From Abditibacterium sp. (lineage in GTDB: Bacteria; Armatimonadota; Abditibacteriia; Abditibacteriales; Abditibacteriaceae), in assembly GCA_965199495.1 (NCBI GenBank), contig CBDASK010000003.1:1696001-1760000 (forward strand): a stretch of DNA of 64,000 nt, written 5' to 3'. A program made the position numbers and the translations under genes. The stretch's first letter is position 1. Each line of letters opens with the position of its first letter. Below the pieces are notes generated by a model. That model did no database searches, was not told where the DNA came from, and saw only the letters and a program-made list of their open reading frames with translations. Below, in pieces: positions 62,569 to 64,000 of this stretch.

Positions 62569-64000
<1,432 letters not shown>

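Overview
Bacterial chromosomal window, GC about 57-59% by eye. It combines outer-membrane genes (lpxD, Skp) with Terrabacteria-type genes (YqeY, PhoH, PgpH, spore photoproduct lyase), which would fit an Abditibacteriota/Armatimonadota-like organism (inference only). Ordinary content: copper operon (cupredoxin-csoR-copZ-copA), exopolysaccharide genes, riboflavin operon, nadB, lpxD, moeB, hemL, Tad pseudopilins, MATE, mscL, pyrG, the hinT-yqeY-phoH-pgpH-ybeY-CNNM cluster, and atpD/atpC. An accessory block at about 53.0-62.0 kb holds a REP-associated tyrosine transposase (RAYT), 14 cognate GTAG-REPs, a PLD-SNF2 helicase and an adenine methyltransferase. The methyltransferase carries a 112-codon in-frame REP-derived insert and two in-frame stops. 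The most striking unexplained signal is the non-palindromic octamer CAGCCACG/CGTGGCTG. I counted at least 53 exact copies by eye (about 0.8 per kb, versus about 3-4 expected), with no strand bias, in all six reading frames, and once as an inverted pair forming a terminator. This is the pattern of a DNA uptake sequence. At least six families of long palindromic elements occur, including a three-level nested MITE and a 62-bp perfect inverted repeat that gives two divergent genes identical promoter/5' ends. No rRNA, tRNA or CRISPR array was seen.
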